Shown: piece after piece, positions 24,101-55,029 of the stretch | How the letters are laid out: every line of letters begins with the position of its first letter | How positions within the stretch are numbered: position 1 is the first letter of the stretch | From: Hormiphora californensis | Taxonomy: Eukaryota; Animalia; Ctenophora | Assembly: GCA_020137815.1 (NCBI GenBank) | Contig: CM035356.1 | Span: 2,542,001 to 2,606,000 of the forward strand | Length of the DNA: 64,000 nucleotides | Direction of reading: 5' to 3' | Position numbers and translations under genes: made by a program | Notes under the pieces: model-generated | What the model was told of the DNA's origin: nothing | The model's input: the letters and a program-made list of their open reading frames with translations, nothing else | Databases searched by the model: none

Positions 24101-26059
24101 GAGGCCCCTCGGAAATGTTCAAGTCATGCACAATCAAGTCACGCACACCAATCACAGCTCAGAACGCGCGAAGCACTCTGCGCGTTCTGAGCTGTGATTG
24201 GTGGGCGTGACTTGATTGTGCATGACTTAAACATTTCCGAGGGGCCTCATAAGGAACCATAATAAAGTTCAAGAGCCTCCAAGAGCACCCAAGAGCACAC
24301 CCGATCGAAGAGAGACCACACCTGAGAGCGTACCACACCCAAAAGAGACCACATCCAAGAGCGCACCACCTCCAGAAGACACCACTTCAAGAGCGCACCA
24401 CATCAAAGAGAGCTCCCCATCCAGAAGATACCACGCGCAGGGGACACCACGCGCAGAAGAGACCAGCGCGGCGTTGTATTTGCGCGTGCGGTCTCTTCTG
24501 CGCGTGGTGTCCCCTGCGCGCGGTATCTTCTGGATGGGGAGCTCTCTTTGATGTGGTGCGCTCTTGAAGTGGTGTCTTTTGGAGGTGGTGCGCTCTTGGA
24601 TGGGGTGCGCTCTTGAACTTTATTATGGTTCCTTATAGGGATCCCTAAAAAAGTTCAGTATTTACACAGAGTTTACACAGTCTTTACTCAGTCGTTACAC
24701 CCAGAGCGGCGCGTGCTGCGCACAGTGGCTTTTTCCAAGAAAATATTGGATTGTGTGCTGCACAATTGACAAAATTGAGCGCTGCGGCGAAAAAAGTTTC
24801 CGAAAACGCTGCAAATCGAGTGCGAAAGACGCAGTCGTTAAAGTCGGATTTTTTGAAACTGTCACCCCCCTAGAGTTTTCAAATTTCTTTAAATGACCAT
24901 AAGTCCGGTTCCTGATGAGATAGAGACTTGAAATTTGGAAGTTACGAAGATCTTGCTAAGTTCTTCCGAACCTCCAAATTCCAAGTCTCTATCTTATCAG
25001 GAACCGGAGATATGACAAATTTTGTTATTTCAGGGGGGTGACAGTTTCAAACAAGAATTATTATTGCATTATGTTTCATAATGCTGTGTTTCCCTGCCTA
25101 CGAATACTCCAACCGATTACTGATAAACGATGAGATCTGGTAAGCGCCGCTCACAGACACACCGTGCAATGTGATCTGATCGTCGTCCGCCAACGCCTAA
25201 TTACAATATTATGTGAGACGAAGCTATGCATGGGAAACTTCTCACGTTCCCTCAGTCACCATAATAACGAGCTGAGCTTTCAACGCCTTTTAGTTTCAAT
25301 CAGATTTACCAAGAAGTTAAATCCATTCGAGCGCTACGGCTATGCTGTAACGCGCGAGGTGTGTACTGTGTATACATACGCTGCATTGAGAGTGCGCGCA
25401 CACAAGTTTTGAGCGCGCGCCACCGAAATCCGTAGTGTAATAACTTTGCGGACGACGCTTTCAAAATGGATCGGTTGTCAGGCGTTGTCCGTGACGGACG
25501 GACGGACATTTAGTTAACTACACGATCTGCTGATTTCTAAACCCTGAATGATCTTTTTAGCACGTGCGTGCTAAAAACATCATCCCGGGTGAATGCCCTT
25601 AGCTTCGGGCATTCACCCGGGCAGGGAAAAAATCCGAGTATAAAGTGTAAGCGAAACAACAACGAACTGGCTGCGCGTTGTGCAACGTTGCGCATATGAA
25701 TCTCACCGGTGAGATCGTTATGCGCAACGAATGCGCGACGCGCAGCCAGTTCGTTGTTGTTTCGCTTTCACTTTAACGACTGAGTAAAGACTGTGTAAAC
25801 TCTGTGTAAATACTGAACTTTTTTAGGGATCCCTATAGGGATCCCTAATAAAGTTGTGACTTGTCACCAAACATGTGGTTCCCGTGGCGGCGCGGCTTCA
25901 AAATGCGCGATTGTAACTTGTCACCGCATGGTTTGCGCCGCGCCGCAGCTACGCGCAGTGGGAACCACGTGCGTTTTGGTACGCGCACACGCGGTGACAA
26001 GTCACAACTGCGCCTCCGCAAGACTACAGTGACAAGTCACAACTTTATTAGGGATCCCT
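24101..26059. mobile_element. Chain of four abutting palindromic MITEs (24101-24248, 24251-24634, 24637-25834, 25837-26059), each separated by a single AT
   Basis: TIRs gaggcccctcgg, aaggaaccataataaagtt, agggatccctaaaaaagtt and agggatccctaataaagtt; an AT dinucleotide lies at all five boundaries. Confidence 0.88.
25640..25776. mobile_element. Palindromic MITE nested inside the third element of the chain
   Basis: taaagtgtaagcgaaacaacaacgaactggctgcgcg ... cgcgcagccagttcgttgttgtttcgctttcacttta. Confidence 0.7.
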
Positions 26060-26485
26060 ATAAAAAAGAAGAAAAACGGGAAAAACAAAAAATTTAAAAT
26101 CTGAATTTTATTTTAGCTGGGGCAATGCGCGCATGAAACGCGCGGCAGATCAAAAAGAGGTTTTATCCGCGCGTCACAGTACAATTCGACGTGAGTTTTG
26201 GTGCACCTAATTAAATTGGATGGTGTGCGCGCGTGTGATTTTTTTTCTTGTGATCAGGAAATTTTTAAAGTGCGTTTCAAACGACTTGACCTGAGATTCC
26301 TGGAAATTCAGGATTTCCCCTTTGTAAATACACGCGCAATGCGCCAAATTCCAAGAATTACGGGTCAAGTCGCTTGAAACGGACTTTAAATTCCCCGTTT
26401 TCCACAAAAAGGATTGGCATGCGCTGCAGACCCCAAGTGCGCGCGTTTTCCACGGCTTCTAGCCAACAAAAAGGATAAGAAGAAT

Positions 26486-26711
26486 TAAAGTCGGATTTTT
26501 TGAAACTGTCACCCCCCTGGGTATTTTCAAATTTCGTAAATGACCATAAATCCGGTTCCTGACGAGATAGAGACTTGAAATTTGGAGGTTACGAAGATCT
26601 TGCTAAGTTCTTCCGAACCTCCAAATTTCAAGTCTCTATCTCATCAGGAACCGGAGACATGGCAAATTTTGTTATTTCAGGGGGGTGACAGTTTCAAAAA
26701 ATCCGACTTTA
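26486..26711. mobile_element. MITE (taaagtcggattttttgaaactgtcacccccc TIR); second, one-end-truncated copy at ~24839-25051
   Basis: Long terminal inverted repeats with an internal palindrome; two copies within 2 kb. Confidence 0.8.
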
Positions 26712-27620
26712 TCAAGACCATGAATTGGAATGCGCTGCAGCCCCCTCATGCGCGCACCCCCGCAACGAGGGGACTGGAGGGAATGCCGCGCGCGCGTTTG
26801 GCCTGAGCCCGGCTGGGTCGAAAATAACTTTGCGGTCGAAAAAACGGCGGTGCTTATAACTTTGGCCCCTGAAGTCCGTTTTGCTTGATTCTTTCACTAG
26901 CTGTTAGATCTGACAATTATCTACCTTGCTGTTTTTGAGAGAAGTTAATTGGATTTGAGGAGGCTGAGCAATAGCCGTTCAAAGATTGGTTGTTTTCAAA
27001 AAGTGACGTCACAGGTCCCTGCAGGGACACTTTGTTTCAAATTTGAAATAAAATCTCGAAATTTTTTATTTTACCGCACTCGATTTTGCGGAGTTTGGTT
27101 CATATCTCCTGTTCCTGATAAGATAGAGACCTGAAACCGGTTGCATTTGAAAGCTGTTATCTTCCTCTTTCCAACGCTACCAAAACGATTTCTGTACCTT
27201 ATCTGGAACCGGAGATATGATTGATTATGTATTCCCCCCTAGCGCGGTATTCCCTCCAGGCCCCTTATATTATATTATAAGGGGCCTGCAACGTATGCCA
27301 AGACCATGAATTAATCTATTATATGTGCCTTTCATTTCTATTCTTTTCCACAAAAAGGTTCAGAAATGCTTGAAAATAGAATTGCGATGCCTTATCCCGC
27401 TTTAAGTCAGTAGCATTTGCCAACAGAAATCGTCTAAAAACGCTTAAAAATATCAGAACCACCACCGGGGTATCGAGCGCCTAGACCCTGCTTGCCCCTA
27501 AACCCCGCCCTGATTTTCACTGTTGAGTGGTATATTTAATGCATAATTTACATTTACATCCTTATCAAAGGAATCATATTTGTCGATCGCTTTCTAATTT
27601 CTATCACCTTTCTGCAGAAC

Positions 27621-29117
27621 ATGGTTAACGCACAGCAAGATATGATGCATCTCTTATGTGCGGGAACTAACATCCGTGTCAAGAAACCGAAACCAACTTC
27701 AATCCCCGCAATACCACCAAAGGTAGAGGAGATACAGCAGCCAAAGGAAAATATAAATATTCGGAAACGACACAAAATTCGTATTAAAGGGTCTGACGTT
27801 CCAGAAGCTCAGAGCACGTTTGAGGATTTGAAAGCAGCGCATCCCAAAATACTCAAGTCTGTTCTCGGTCGATTGGAGAAAAGTAGTATCTCTGAGCCAA
27901 CACCAATTCAAATGCAATGTATTCCACTTCTTATGCAGCACCGATCCATTCTCTCCTGCGCTCCAACGGGTTCAGGCAAAACTCTTGGATTCGCTTTGCC
28001 AATTTTATCCCACTTGAAAAAGTCGAAATCAGGAAACTTTAGAGCTCTGATTTTGTCACCGACTCGTGAGCTTGCTGGTCAAATTTATCGGGAGTTCAAA
28101 TCGCTAGGCGGAAGTACCAAGTTCAAATACTATCTTTTATCGAAGGAAAACGCCAAATCTGATATTTTGAGCAAGGATGTCGGAAAGAAAGATATCCTTA
28201 TTGCCACACCATCCTATCTCCTCTCAATGATAAAAGAAGACAAACTCGATCTATCTAGTTTGGAGTTTTGTATCCTGGACGAAGCTGATCGACTGTTTGA
28301 CGACCAATTCAAGGAGGAGATATCAGCCATTTTGGAGTGCATTGACCTCGTTAAAGTGACAGTGGGGCTATTTAGTGCGACATTGGCCAACGGAATTGAC
28401 GAATGGTGTTTTAAACATCTCGACAACTTCGTTCAGGTGTTCATTGGGGCAGTGAACGGGGCGAACTCCAACATAAAACAATCCCTCAAGTTTGTGGGAA
28501 CTGAGGACAGTAAGTTGTACTCGCTGCGTATGATGATCCAGGGTGACTTCAAACCGCCCATGCTGGTCTTCACCCAGACAAAGGATCGTGCTAAGCAGCT
28601 GTATGAAGAGTTGAAGATGGTCAGCAGCAGAGTGGCAGCCATCCACAGTGATCTTGGGCAACATGCCAGGGATGAGATAGTGGGGAAGTTCCGGGGAGGA
28701 GAGGTTTGGATCCTGATCTGTACTGATCTGATGTGCCGTGGGATTGATTTTAAAAATGTTAACGTTGTTGTTAATTTTGATCTACCCCAAACGAGAGTGG
28801 ATTACATACACCGTATTGGACGGACTGGCCGGGCGGGACAGGGAGGAGAGGCGGTGACATTTTTCACAGAGGCGGATAAAGCTCTACTTCCCTCCATTAT
28901 TACTGTATTGAAGAACTCGGGGTGTGAGTTACCGGATTGGCTGAAAAATTTAAAGGGGATTTCGAGGAGAGATTACAAACGGGCAACAAAGAAACGTGTC
29001 GAGAGGAAAGATATCAGCACGATACCGCAGTATGACAAGGAACGGGCCACGAAAAGAAAGGCTATGATAGCTGGATCAAAGGCCAAGAAAAAGAAAACGA
29101 AAGTGACTGAAAATTAA
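27621..29117 (+). CDS. DDX52: DEAD-box RNA helicase DDX52/Rok1, intronless
   Basis: PTPIQMQCIP Q-motif, APTGSGKT, SPTRELA, DEAD, SAT, FKPPMLVFTQ, WILICTDLMCRGIDF, HRIGRTGRAG; the PP-LVF and WILICT features are typical of Rok1/DDX52. Confidence 0.93.
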   Translation: MVNAQQDMMHLLCAGTNIRVKKPKPTSIPAIPPKVEEIQQPKENINIRKRHKIRIKGSDVPEAQSTFEDLKAAHPKILKSVLGRLEKSSISEPTPIQMQCIPLLMQHRSILSCAPTGSGKTLGFALPILSHLKKSKSGNFRALILSPTRELAGQIYREFKSLGGSTKFKYYLLSKENAKSDILSKDVGKKDILIATPSYLLSMIKEDKLDLSSLEFCILDEADRLFDDQFKEEISAILECIDLVKVTVGLFSATLANGIDEWCFKHLDNFVQVFIGAVNGANSNIKQSLKFVGTEDSKLYSLRMMIQGDFKPPMLVFTQTKDRAKQLYEELKMVSSRVAAIHSDLGQHARDEIVGKFRGGEVWILICTDLMCRGIDFKNVNVVVNFDLPQTRVDYIHRIGRTGRAGQGGEAVTFFTEADKALLPSIITVLKNSGCELPDWLKNLKGISRRDYKRATKKRVERKDISTIPQYDKERATKRKAMIAGSKAKKKKTKVTEN

Positions 29118-29292
29118 GTGTGTGGGTGTGTGTATGTTGTATATCCTGTTTTATCCGGCTGTTTTATGACTAATACATTGTTCAGAGTCTGATCATGATC
29201 TTTGTCTTTGAACCACACGTGTCCTATCCAACGTAGTATTATCTCCATAAATTACGTTTTGATATAGGGTGAATAGCGAGTGATTAACACGC

Positions 29293-46920
<17,628 letters not shown>

Positions 46921-48611
46921 TTTATTGATGACGTCACGATGACGATGACGGGTTACCATGGCAACCAAGATAAAACTCCGTCAAGGATGATCCTCGTCCC
47001 ATGTGCTAATTGATCCCTCTTTTTTTTAATTTTTTGATCCAACAAAATCCCCGACTTTTTTAATTTGGCTAAACAACGCGGGTATCAAATCTTAATTCCG
47101 ATTTTTGGCGGTAATAAAATTACTGGCCTTTCTTTTTTGAGGATAGAGGAAAGATCGGAGTTAGGCTGAAAACTTGAATTTGTTTTCCGTCCGGCTGGAT
47201 GTGAAACAGTGAAGCAGAATGGTTTCTCTCAGACCTGGCCTGGCAATATTCTCATTTCTTCCAAAGAGCGCGAGAAAAGTGGTCAGAGCATTGGCCTGAC
47301 AGCTCTCTGAGCAGTTTGTGGCTTCGAACAGCTTGGCCAAACTTTTATTTCGTATACCGATAGTATGATTTGATACCCGCGTTTGAAGAAACAATTATGA
47401 AACACGGTGGTTATGTAAAAATGTTGGTAAAAGTGTTACCTAAAACAACAACAAGCACAGATCTCTCGTCAACACGCAGCATTTCTCATGATAAAACATT
47501 CATATCAATGATATGGTGCCATTTTGTCATGCCCGACCATCCTCCTTCAGTAATCAATCTCACAATCTGAGTGAATTTGAACTCGGATCGTTTAATTGCT
47601 GGAAATCTGAGTGAAATCCAAGAAGGGTCTGATAAAACACCATAGATATCAATAACGCAACATCATTCCCATAACCATAACGTCTCTGATATTGATAAGA
47701 TTCATAATATAATATGAATCATATTGGTAGCCCAGATATAATGGGCTCTATCAGCAGACAATAATCACTCAATAAATTAAGTTGTGTAACCTGCAATCTT
47801 CTGTCTCATACGGTGTCTGGCGGAGGAGCCGATCCCGTTTTGATACTGTACTCAGAGTCAGATCAGGTCAGCCCTCCAGACAGGGATTTTTCAGTCCGCA
47901 CTCCGCCTGTGATTTCAAAACACGAGAAAAAAGGATGGGAGTTGGTGCAAAGATATCAAAAAATATACTTCTATACTTCTTCAAGCACTCGCTCAATCTC
48001 TAAAGCTAGTCAAGTCATACGAACACCAAAGTAATTTAGTTTTACCAAACCATTATTTACATACACAAGACATGTTATTCTGAACAGTCTGAAGCCGGCT
48101 CTCAGCAGCGGGTGGTACTATCAGGCATTGTACTCGCTGACAATGACATGCTTAGCATGGCAATTTTACATATATTATTCACACCGGCCGGCCTTCTCTC
48201 CTAAAATATAACTTAATTTATAAAAGTCGCTCCAACAGTTTTTAATGTTCCAACAACTACCTGTCTGGCGGCGCCGAGCTGATCTGAGCACACTGTCAAA
48301 ACGGGGTCTGGTGCCGCCAGACAGACAACTACAGTCAGACCCCGATTTACCGGGATGCTCGGGGGAAAGCGGTTCGCCCTGTAAATCGGGTTGCCTGGTA
48401 TGTCGGGGTCCGGTAAATCGGGGTCCGACTGTACTACATCTTCACTCACATCTTCTCAATCTCTACACTCATATAATCGGAGTGAAACATGTAATAAATA
48501 AACCTAAAACGCTCTGAGCAATGAAAATGAACACGTATGCACATGTGTGAAAAAAAGCATTTGCAAACAAAAGACGCTCAAGCACGTGCAAAAAACGTGC
48601 ACGCACGTGCA

Positions 48612-51600
48612 CTATTGTTTATGGAATATTGTTCCAGATCTGTTGTAGTCGGTACATAATTCCTTCCCCTTGTTTAGAACTCCCCAGGCTGAAAAAGATT
48701 AGTGGGGTTAGGGTTGAGTGAGTTTAGGGACCGACCCGATCTGAGAATCAAAACGAGGTCTGCCGACGCCATTTATGGCGACTAAATAGCAAAATATAGG
48801 TTTAAAAAGTTTTCAATTTCTTACCTATTGCTGAAGCAGGTACTGCTTTCAGGGAATTTGCAAAGTACCCCCTGTAGAAACCCTTGATACCGTCTTTTTG
48901 AAGGATGGTCTTCACAACTGTGGCTGTCCCTACTTGACTTGATTTAGGTCCGCCTGAAATTAAATCCCGGTTAATTTAAATCACACATGTACAGATATTA
49001 ATACAACAAGTTACAACTAATAAAATCTCAATCTACAACGAAATAATAACCTGAGTTGGCCTGCATCTGACAGGTAACAAGACGGAAGGGGTAGGTGCAG
49101 GTGATGGCTGCTGTGCAGGAGAACCCTCCATACAGGGTACACTTCCACCAACTGGGTAGTTCCTGGTGTTTGTTCTTGTAACGATCAGTTAACCACTGAG
49201 GGGGAGGGGGATTAGAAACTCAGGTTTACAGCCTTCAAAATAGGGGAGGTACGGGAATTCTTTCTTATCTAACGGATGATGTAAAAATGCAAAAGTTCGC
49301 ACTTTTCACAAAATTCATCCCTCGCGTCATTCTATTTCTAATAAACGGTAACTTTTGTCAACTTTTGATAAACACGGTTCACCAGAGATAATCTTTGATC
49401 GTTGCAACTACGAAAAGAAAAGATATCATATGAAACACCCGTACCTTACTCAATCCTAGCTCCATTGCAGCAAAGGGTACGACACCAAGGGTTGCGGGTA
49501 AAAGTCCCCGATAGAGCGGTCGAGGATCAGATGAAATACCTTTCCAAATTAGCTGCGATGGTTTTACTCTTACATCATCGACCATAACACGTGTCTTAGC
49601 TAGCTCGATTGGGTAAACAATGGTCTGAACGGTTATACCCGTTATACCTCCACTGATAATTCTGAGGGGATGAAGGGGGTAGTTATATGGGGTAGTTATG
49701 TGTTGTTAGGGGTGGATGGGGTAGTTATGAGGGATGAATTGAAGGGGGTAATTATGGGTGGAGACTGGATGGGGTAGTTATATGGGTAAGCGGTAAATAC
49801 TCACTCGGTTCTTCACATTTTTTGGACGTTTTTGGCCATAACTCAGCCATTTCTTGACCAATTTGCAAAATCCCGGGCTCATTGGAAAGAGGACATCAAG
49901 ACCTTTAAAATGAGCCCTAGTAAATTAAAATCGGCGCAAAATGCGCGGCGTTATGGCGTAAAATGCGCGTTTTCGCCATAGCGCCGCGCATTTTGCGCCG
50001 ATTTTCATTTTCTAGAGCTCATTGGAAAGCTCTTAATGTCTTCTTTCCAATGAGCCCAAGATTTTGCAAATTGGTCAAGAAATGGTTGAGTTATGGCCAA
50101 AAACGTCCAAAAAATGTGAAGAACCGAGTGAGTATTTACCGCTTACCAGTTATATGGGTCGTTAGGGGTGGATGGGGTAGTTATGAGGGATGAATTGAAG
50201 GGGGTAATTATGGGTGGAGACTGGAGGGGTAGTTATGGGTGGAGACTGTAGGGGGTAGTTATATAATTACGTTAGTAAGTTAATTAATACCTGTCAATAA
50301 ATAGAGAGTCGGTCCAACGATTTTTGCAAAGAGATTCAAATAGCATGTAACGGACACATGTCTCAGGGAAGATCTTGAAGCAATTCGTTCCGTTTCCTGC
50401 AGGTGGGTAAGCCTGTCAAAACGTGTTTCAACCTAGAACTCACTAGAGGCAAGCCAATTCCGGTTGTACATCCTAGGTATAGGTCACCTGAACATAAAAA
50501 ACCAAAATGTCAGTCTCAATTATTTGGGGGAAGGTGTGTAATTAGCCCCTAATTGATTGGTAATTGAGCATAAGGGGAAAAAAGCTGTATCTACCCTTAG
50601 GAAAGGAGTAGAGACAAAATTAAGGGCACCTAAGTGTTCAGCGTCCTCGCATTAGTGGGGGTAGGTGCCGGAATGAAGTCTCTATCTCATCTGGTTAATT
50701 AGTTAATTGGATAATTAGGTATGCGCATAGCCGTTTGATGGCCACATGGCTATAGCCATGTTAGGAAAGGAGTAGAGACAAGACCGAGGGCACCAAAATG
50801 ATCAGCGTCCTCGAATTAGTGGGGGTAGGTGCTGAAATTAAGTCTCTATCTCATCCGGTTAATTAGATAATTGGATAATTAGTTTTGCGCATAACCGTTT
50901 TTAGGCTATATGGCTATAGCCACTTAGGAATGGTTTAGAGACTTTTCATTGGTGCCATTTTGTAGGCAATAGCCAAGTTATGGGGGGTCGACGTCGGACT
51001 TTTAAGCTCTATCTTCAACCGTTTAGCCGTTATTTGGCTTTTAAGGTGCTGAAAATGAGCAAAAATCGGGCTTTTTACCGTTTTTTGCTAATTTTGAGCA
51101 CCTTTAAAGCCAAATAACGGCTAAACGGTTGAAGATAGAGCTTAAAAGTCCGACGTCGACCCCCCATAACTTGGCTATTGCCTACAAAATGGCACCAATG
51201 AAAAGTCTCTAAACCATTCCTAAGTGGCTATAGCCATATAGCCTAAAAACGGTTATGCGCAAAACTAATTATCCAATTATCTAATTAACCGGATGAGATA
51301 GAGACTTAATTTCAGCACCTACCCCCACTAATTCGAGGACGCTGATCATTTTGGTGCCCTCGGTTTTGTCTCTACTCCTTTCCTAACATGGCTATAGCCA
51401 TGTGGCCATCAAACGGCTATGCGCATACCTAATTATCCAATTATCTAATTAACCAGATGAGATAGAGACTTCATTCCGGCACCTACCCCCACTAATGCGA
51501 GGACGCTGAACACTTTGGTGCCCTTAATTTTGTCTCTACTCCTTTCCTAAGGGTAGATACAGCTTTTTTCCCCTTATGCTCAATTACCAATCAATTAGGG

Positions 51601-54084
51601 GCTAATTACACACCTTCCCCCAAATAATTGAGACTGACATTTTGGTTTTTTATGTTCAGGATACCTATACCTAGGATGTACAACCGGAATTGGCTTGCCT
51701 CTCGTGACTTCTAGGTTTGGCCAAAAATCGACACGTTTTGACAGGCTTAAAAATTACTAGGTTAAGAAGAGAGAGAACTAAATTTGGCAACATGATATGT
51801 GAAACCAACTCAGACTGATCTTTAAAACACATTGATTGTGTTGACTACCTTGTATCAGGCCCTTTCCCGCGCTGTTTACAGTTGAACTGATATCTGCGTG
51901 ATTCATTAAGGGCCTGGTACGAGGAAGAAGGGATAAAATCCTAATTCAGTCCTAATTAGGTCCTAATTGGGTCTTAATTGAGTACTAAATGAGTAATGAT
52001 TAAGTGCTAATTCAATTCTAATTCAGTTCTAATTGAATCCTATCTGAGTCATGCTTGAATCCTAATTGAGTCATGATTGAATGTAAATGAATAGTACCTT
52101 TCCAAAAAGATCTAACCCCTTCTTTTCGCATTGTCCTTATCACTTGAATAAGGGAGAGGTTCTCAGCGGACCCCAGAACGGGCCGACTTCCCTGGACTTG
52201 GAGTAATACCTGTAGGGAGAGAAATATATAGCTGGGAGAGGTGGAGGGGTGGGAGGGAGAGAGAAGGGGGAGAGGGAGGGAGAGAGAGAATCTAGACACA
52301 ACTGTTAACCATGAGGGGAAGTGCCACTGGAACTTCTGTTGACAGATACAGAATGAGGGTAAACAAAAGATAAGAGTGAATTTTAAAACAGCCCCTCCCC
52401 TCAGTTTTGCGTGCTGGCAAGGGAGGGGTAACTTTGTTACCAACCCTTCAAGGTGGCAGCTGGTGCGACTGCAGAGTAAGAGAGGGATAGGTAACACCCG
52501 ACCTAGACTGTGTACATTGAATAGTACAACTTAGGACAATATAGTACATACCTTAGCCCTGTCAAAAGGTGCAGTACAAGTTCTGGAGACGATGCCGGCT
52601 ATTCCTCCGGTAAGAAAGAGTTGCCAAGTCCTTACATCTTGCAGCTGGCATGCCCGAGAGGTTGGTTCCGGTATGTACAAACTGTCGGCGTAGGCGGACT
52701 GTAAATGATAGTGGGGGTTAGTTGGGGGTTGATATTTGAACACACAAGGGGTATGAAGGAATAAATAGGGTTTAGGTTCAGTAAACGGGGATTCGGGTGA
52801 CGACATGAACTATACAATAAACTAAGAAGTGAACTGTGAAATTAACACCTTGCCAAAGAATCAGGATGTGAGGAGGCCTGTGAACAAAATGATAAATGGC
52901 CTGGTCATAAATAGCATGCAATTTATTATAAAGCCTAGATTGAAATTTGTAAATGAAATGTCTCCCCCCACCTTCCCCCGTTTGAACCGAATGTTCCAGA
53001 ACAACTCACTTTGCGCTTCTTCCCCGGCGATACAACTTCTATTACTTGCATAATATAGAAGAGAGTTCACACACACTCAATGAAATAAAGAAGCTATCGA
53101 TTGGTAGTAGCTGTATGCACGACAGATAGCAAGAGAGAAAGAGAGATGTACAAATGTGGAACTGTTGCTCGAGTAATAAGATATATTCACACAATGACTG
53201 TAGTAGCACTGCTGCAATAAAGAGAGAGGGAGAGAGAGAGAGAGAGAGAGGTATTCGAGAGAATCACATAACGTCACAACCCGGCACGCATCTCATGTCT
53301 CCACGCCCCGGGCTTACTTTTGGTTATCATTACCTCATTATTGGTAAAGGTGAGGGGGATGATATCATATATTCAACATGTATACAGTTAGACAGTGAGT
53401 CACTACACAGATCGAATTATACTACAGTCGGACCCCGATTTAACGGCACCCCGATTTAACGGCAGCATAATCTTCCCCCGATATAGGAAATTAACAGTAT
53501 TTGACCCCGATTTAGCGGACACCCCGATTTAACGGACAAAACCCTTTCCCCCGAGGGTGCCGTTAAATCGGGGTCCGACTGTACTGATATTAACAGGATA
53601 TTAACAAGGAAACCGAAACACGTTAGCTTTTGGGGCCGAGGCATTAAGCCACCACATAAAGAATTTAGGCTCATATTCACCAAAATAATAAAATTCCTCA
53701 ATAAATATTTGTACGTTACATAGTTGATGAAAGTGTGAAACTAATTACACTACAGTGCTGGAAAGCGCTTCAGGTAACGGTACAATACACCGTACAAAAT
53801 AAGAAATTTACCTCGTCCGCAATTTCTTCTGAGTCAGACTCAGAGGGAGTGAAAGCGCTGAAATATTCATCGTGGTAATCAAGGTAGTAGGTAAAGTTAT
53901 CATGGTATCCTGCCCCGGTATTTCCATTGCCTTGGTAACCATTGGAGTTTCCTTGGTAACCAACGGAGTTGCCTTGGTAACCAGGGGAGTTGCCTTGGTA
54001 ACCATGGGAGTTGCCTTGGTACCCAGGGGATGCTGAGTTTTCTTGGTATAGTGGAGAGTCACGTGACATATCACGTGCTCCCAT
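48612..54084 (-). CDS. SLC25 mitochondrial carrier, SCaMC/SLC25A41-like carrier domain (exons 54084-53812 tentative, 52809-52552, 52209-52098, 50396-50291, 49661-49445, 49195-49052, 48954-48825, 48688-48612)
   Basis: [81 protein letters not shown]; three carrier repeats. The link to the first exon is inferred from compatible phase only. Confidence 0.85.
49785..50147. mobile_element. Mutator-type palindromic MITE, 9-bp TSD AGTTATATG
   Basis: ggtaagcggtaaatactcactcgg ... ccgagtgagtatttaccgcttacc with an identical 9-mer on both flanks, inside a G-rich intronic repeat. Confidence 0.9.
50408..51749. mobile_element. 1.34-kb foldback element in an SLC25 intron
   Basis: Arms are near-perfect reverse complements around ~51075; internal aggagtagagacaa...cgtcctcgcattagtgggggtag modules are shared with the 9810-14335 element. 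Confidence 0.9.
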
Positions 54085-54966
54085 CCTGTTTGCCACTCAA
54101 CTCATGGTTTAGAGCCACCCGTGGTGCAGGAACAGTGATTCATAACGTGCGGTAACTATAATAATACAGTTTGGAGTTTGAGATGTCGTAGCGAACATTC
54201 ATAGGCAAATTTCAAGTTGTTGGTAAGGGGTGACACCCCTCAACAAATTTCAAGCGCAACAGAAAATCTAGAAACGATAGGAATGCAAAGTTTTCAATAT
54301 ATTAGGGGCTGGAAATATATCTTCCTATCTAGACGATTCTAGAACAACTGCAGTGGCGGTATTATTATCTTTGGCTTACTCAACTGTGTCTATAGCTATC
54401 AGCCGATGCGTGTTCATCTCACTGCATCTCTCTGTCTCTCTCCCGTTCTTTTTTCTCTCTCTGAAGTCTCATGTCTCGCTGGATTTAATGAAAATAATTA
54501 CAGGACTGATCTTACTGCTTAGTTTAGTACGGCAAGAGCTCAAGATCTACTCGAGAATAGTCATGTAAGTTCTCTTACTCTTAGTACACTGCACTCTCAT
54601 ACAATTACCATGGTCTCTCTCTCTCTCTCTGCCTCCCTCTAGCAAATCTCTTAAAATGAGCGCATGTTCTGCAGAATGGTCTAGGCGGGAGCTAAAAAAT
54701 GTCTCATGATTGAAGGGGATCAAGAAAGATCTGGAAAACCACGAGACAGATCTCAGCATAACAAAATTGAGAACGGCAAGATTTTAGAAGGTTGTAAGAG
54801 AAGACATGCAGACAACTAGAATGATCTCCCGCACAAACATAGCAAATGGATCTGTACAGTGTACACGCACATTAGCTCTCTCTCGAAGAGCTCTCTACAT
54901 GGGGAGATGGATCATTAGCAAATCTGTAGCGAGGGATGGAAGCGAGGGAGAGATATATATAGAAGG

Positions 54967-55029
<63 letters not shown>

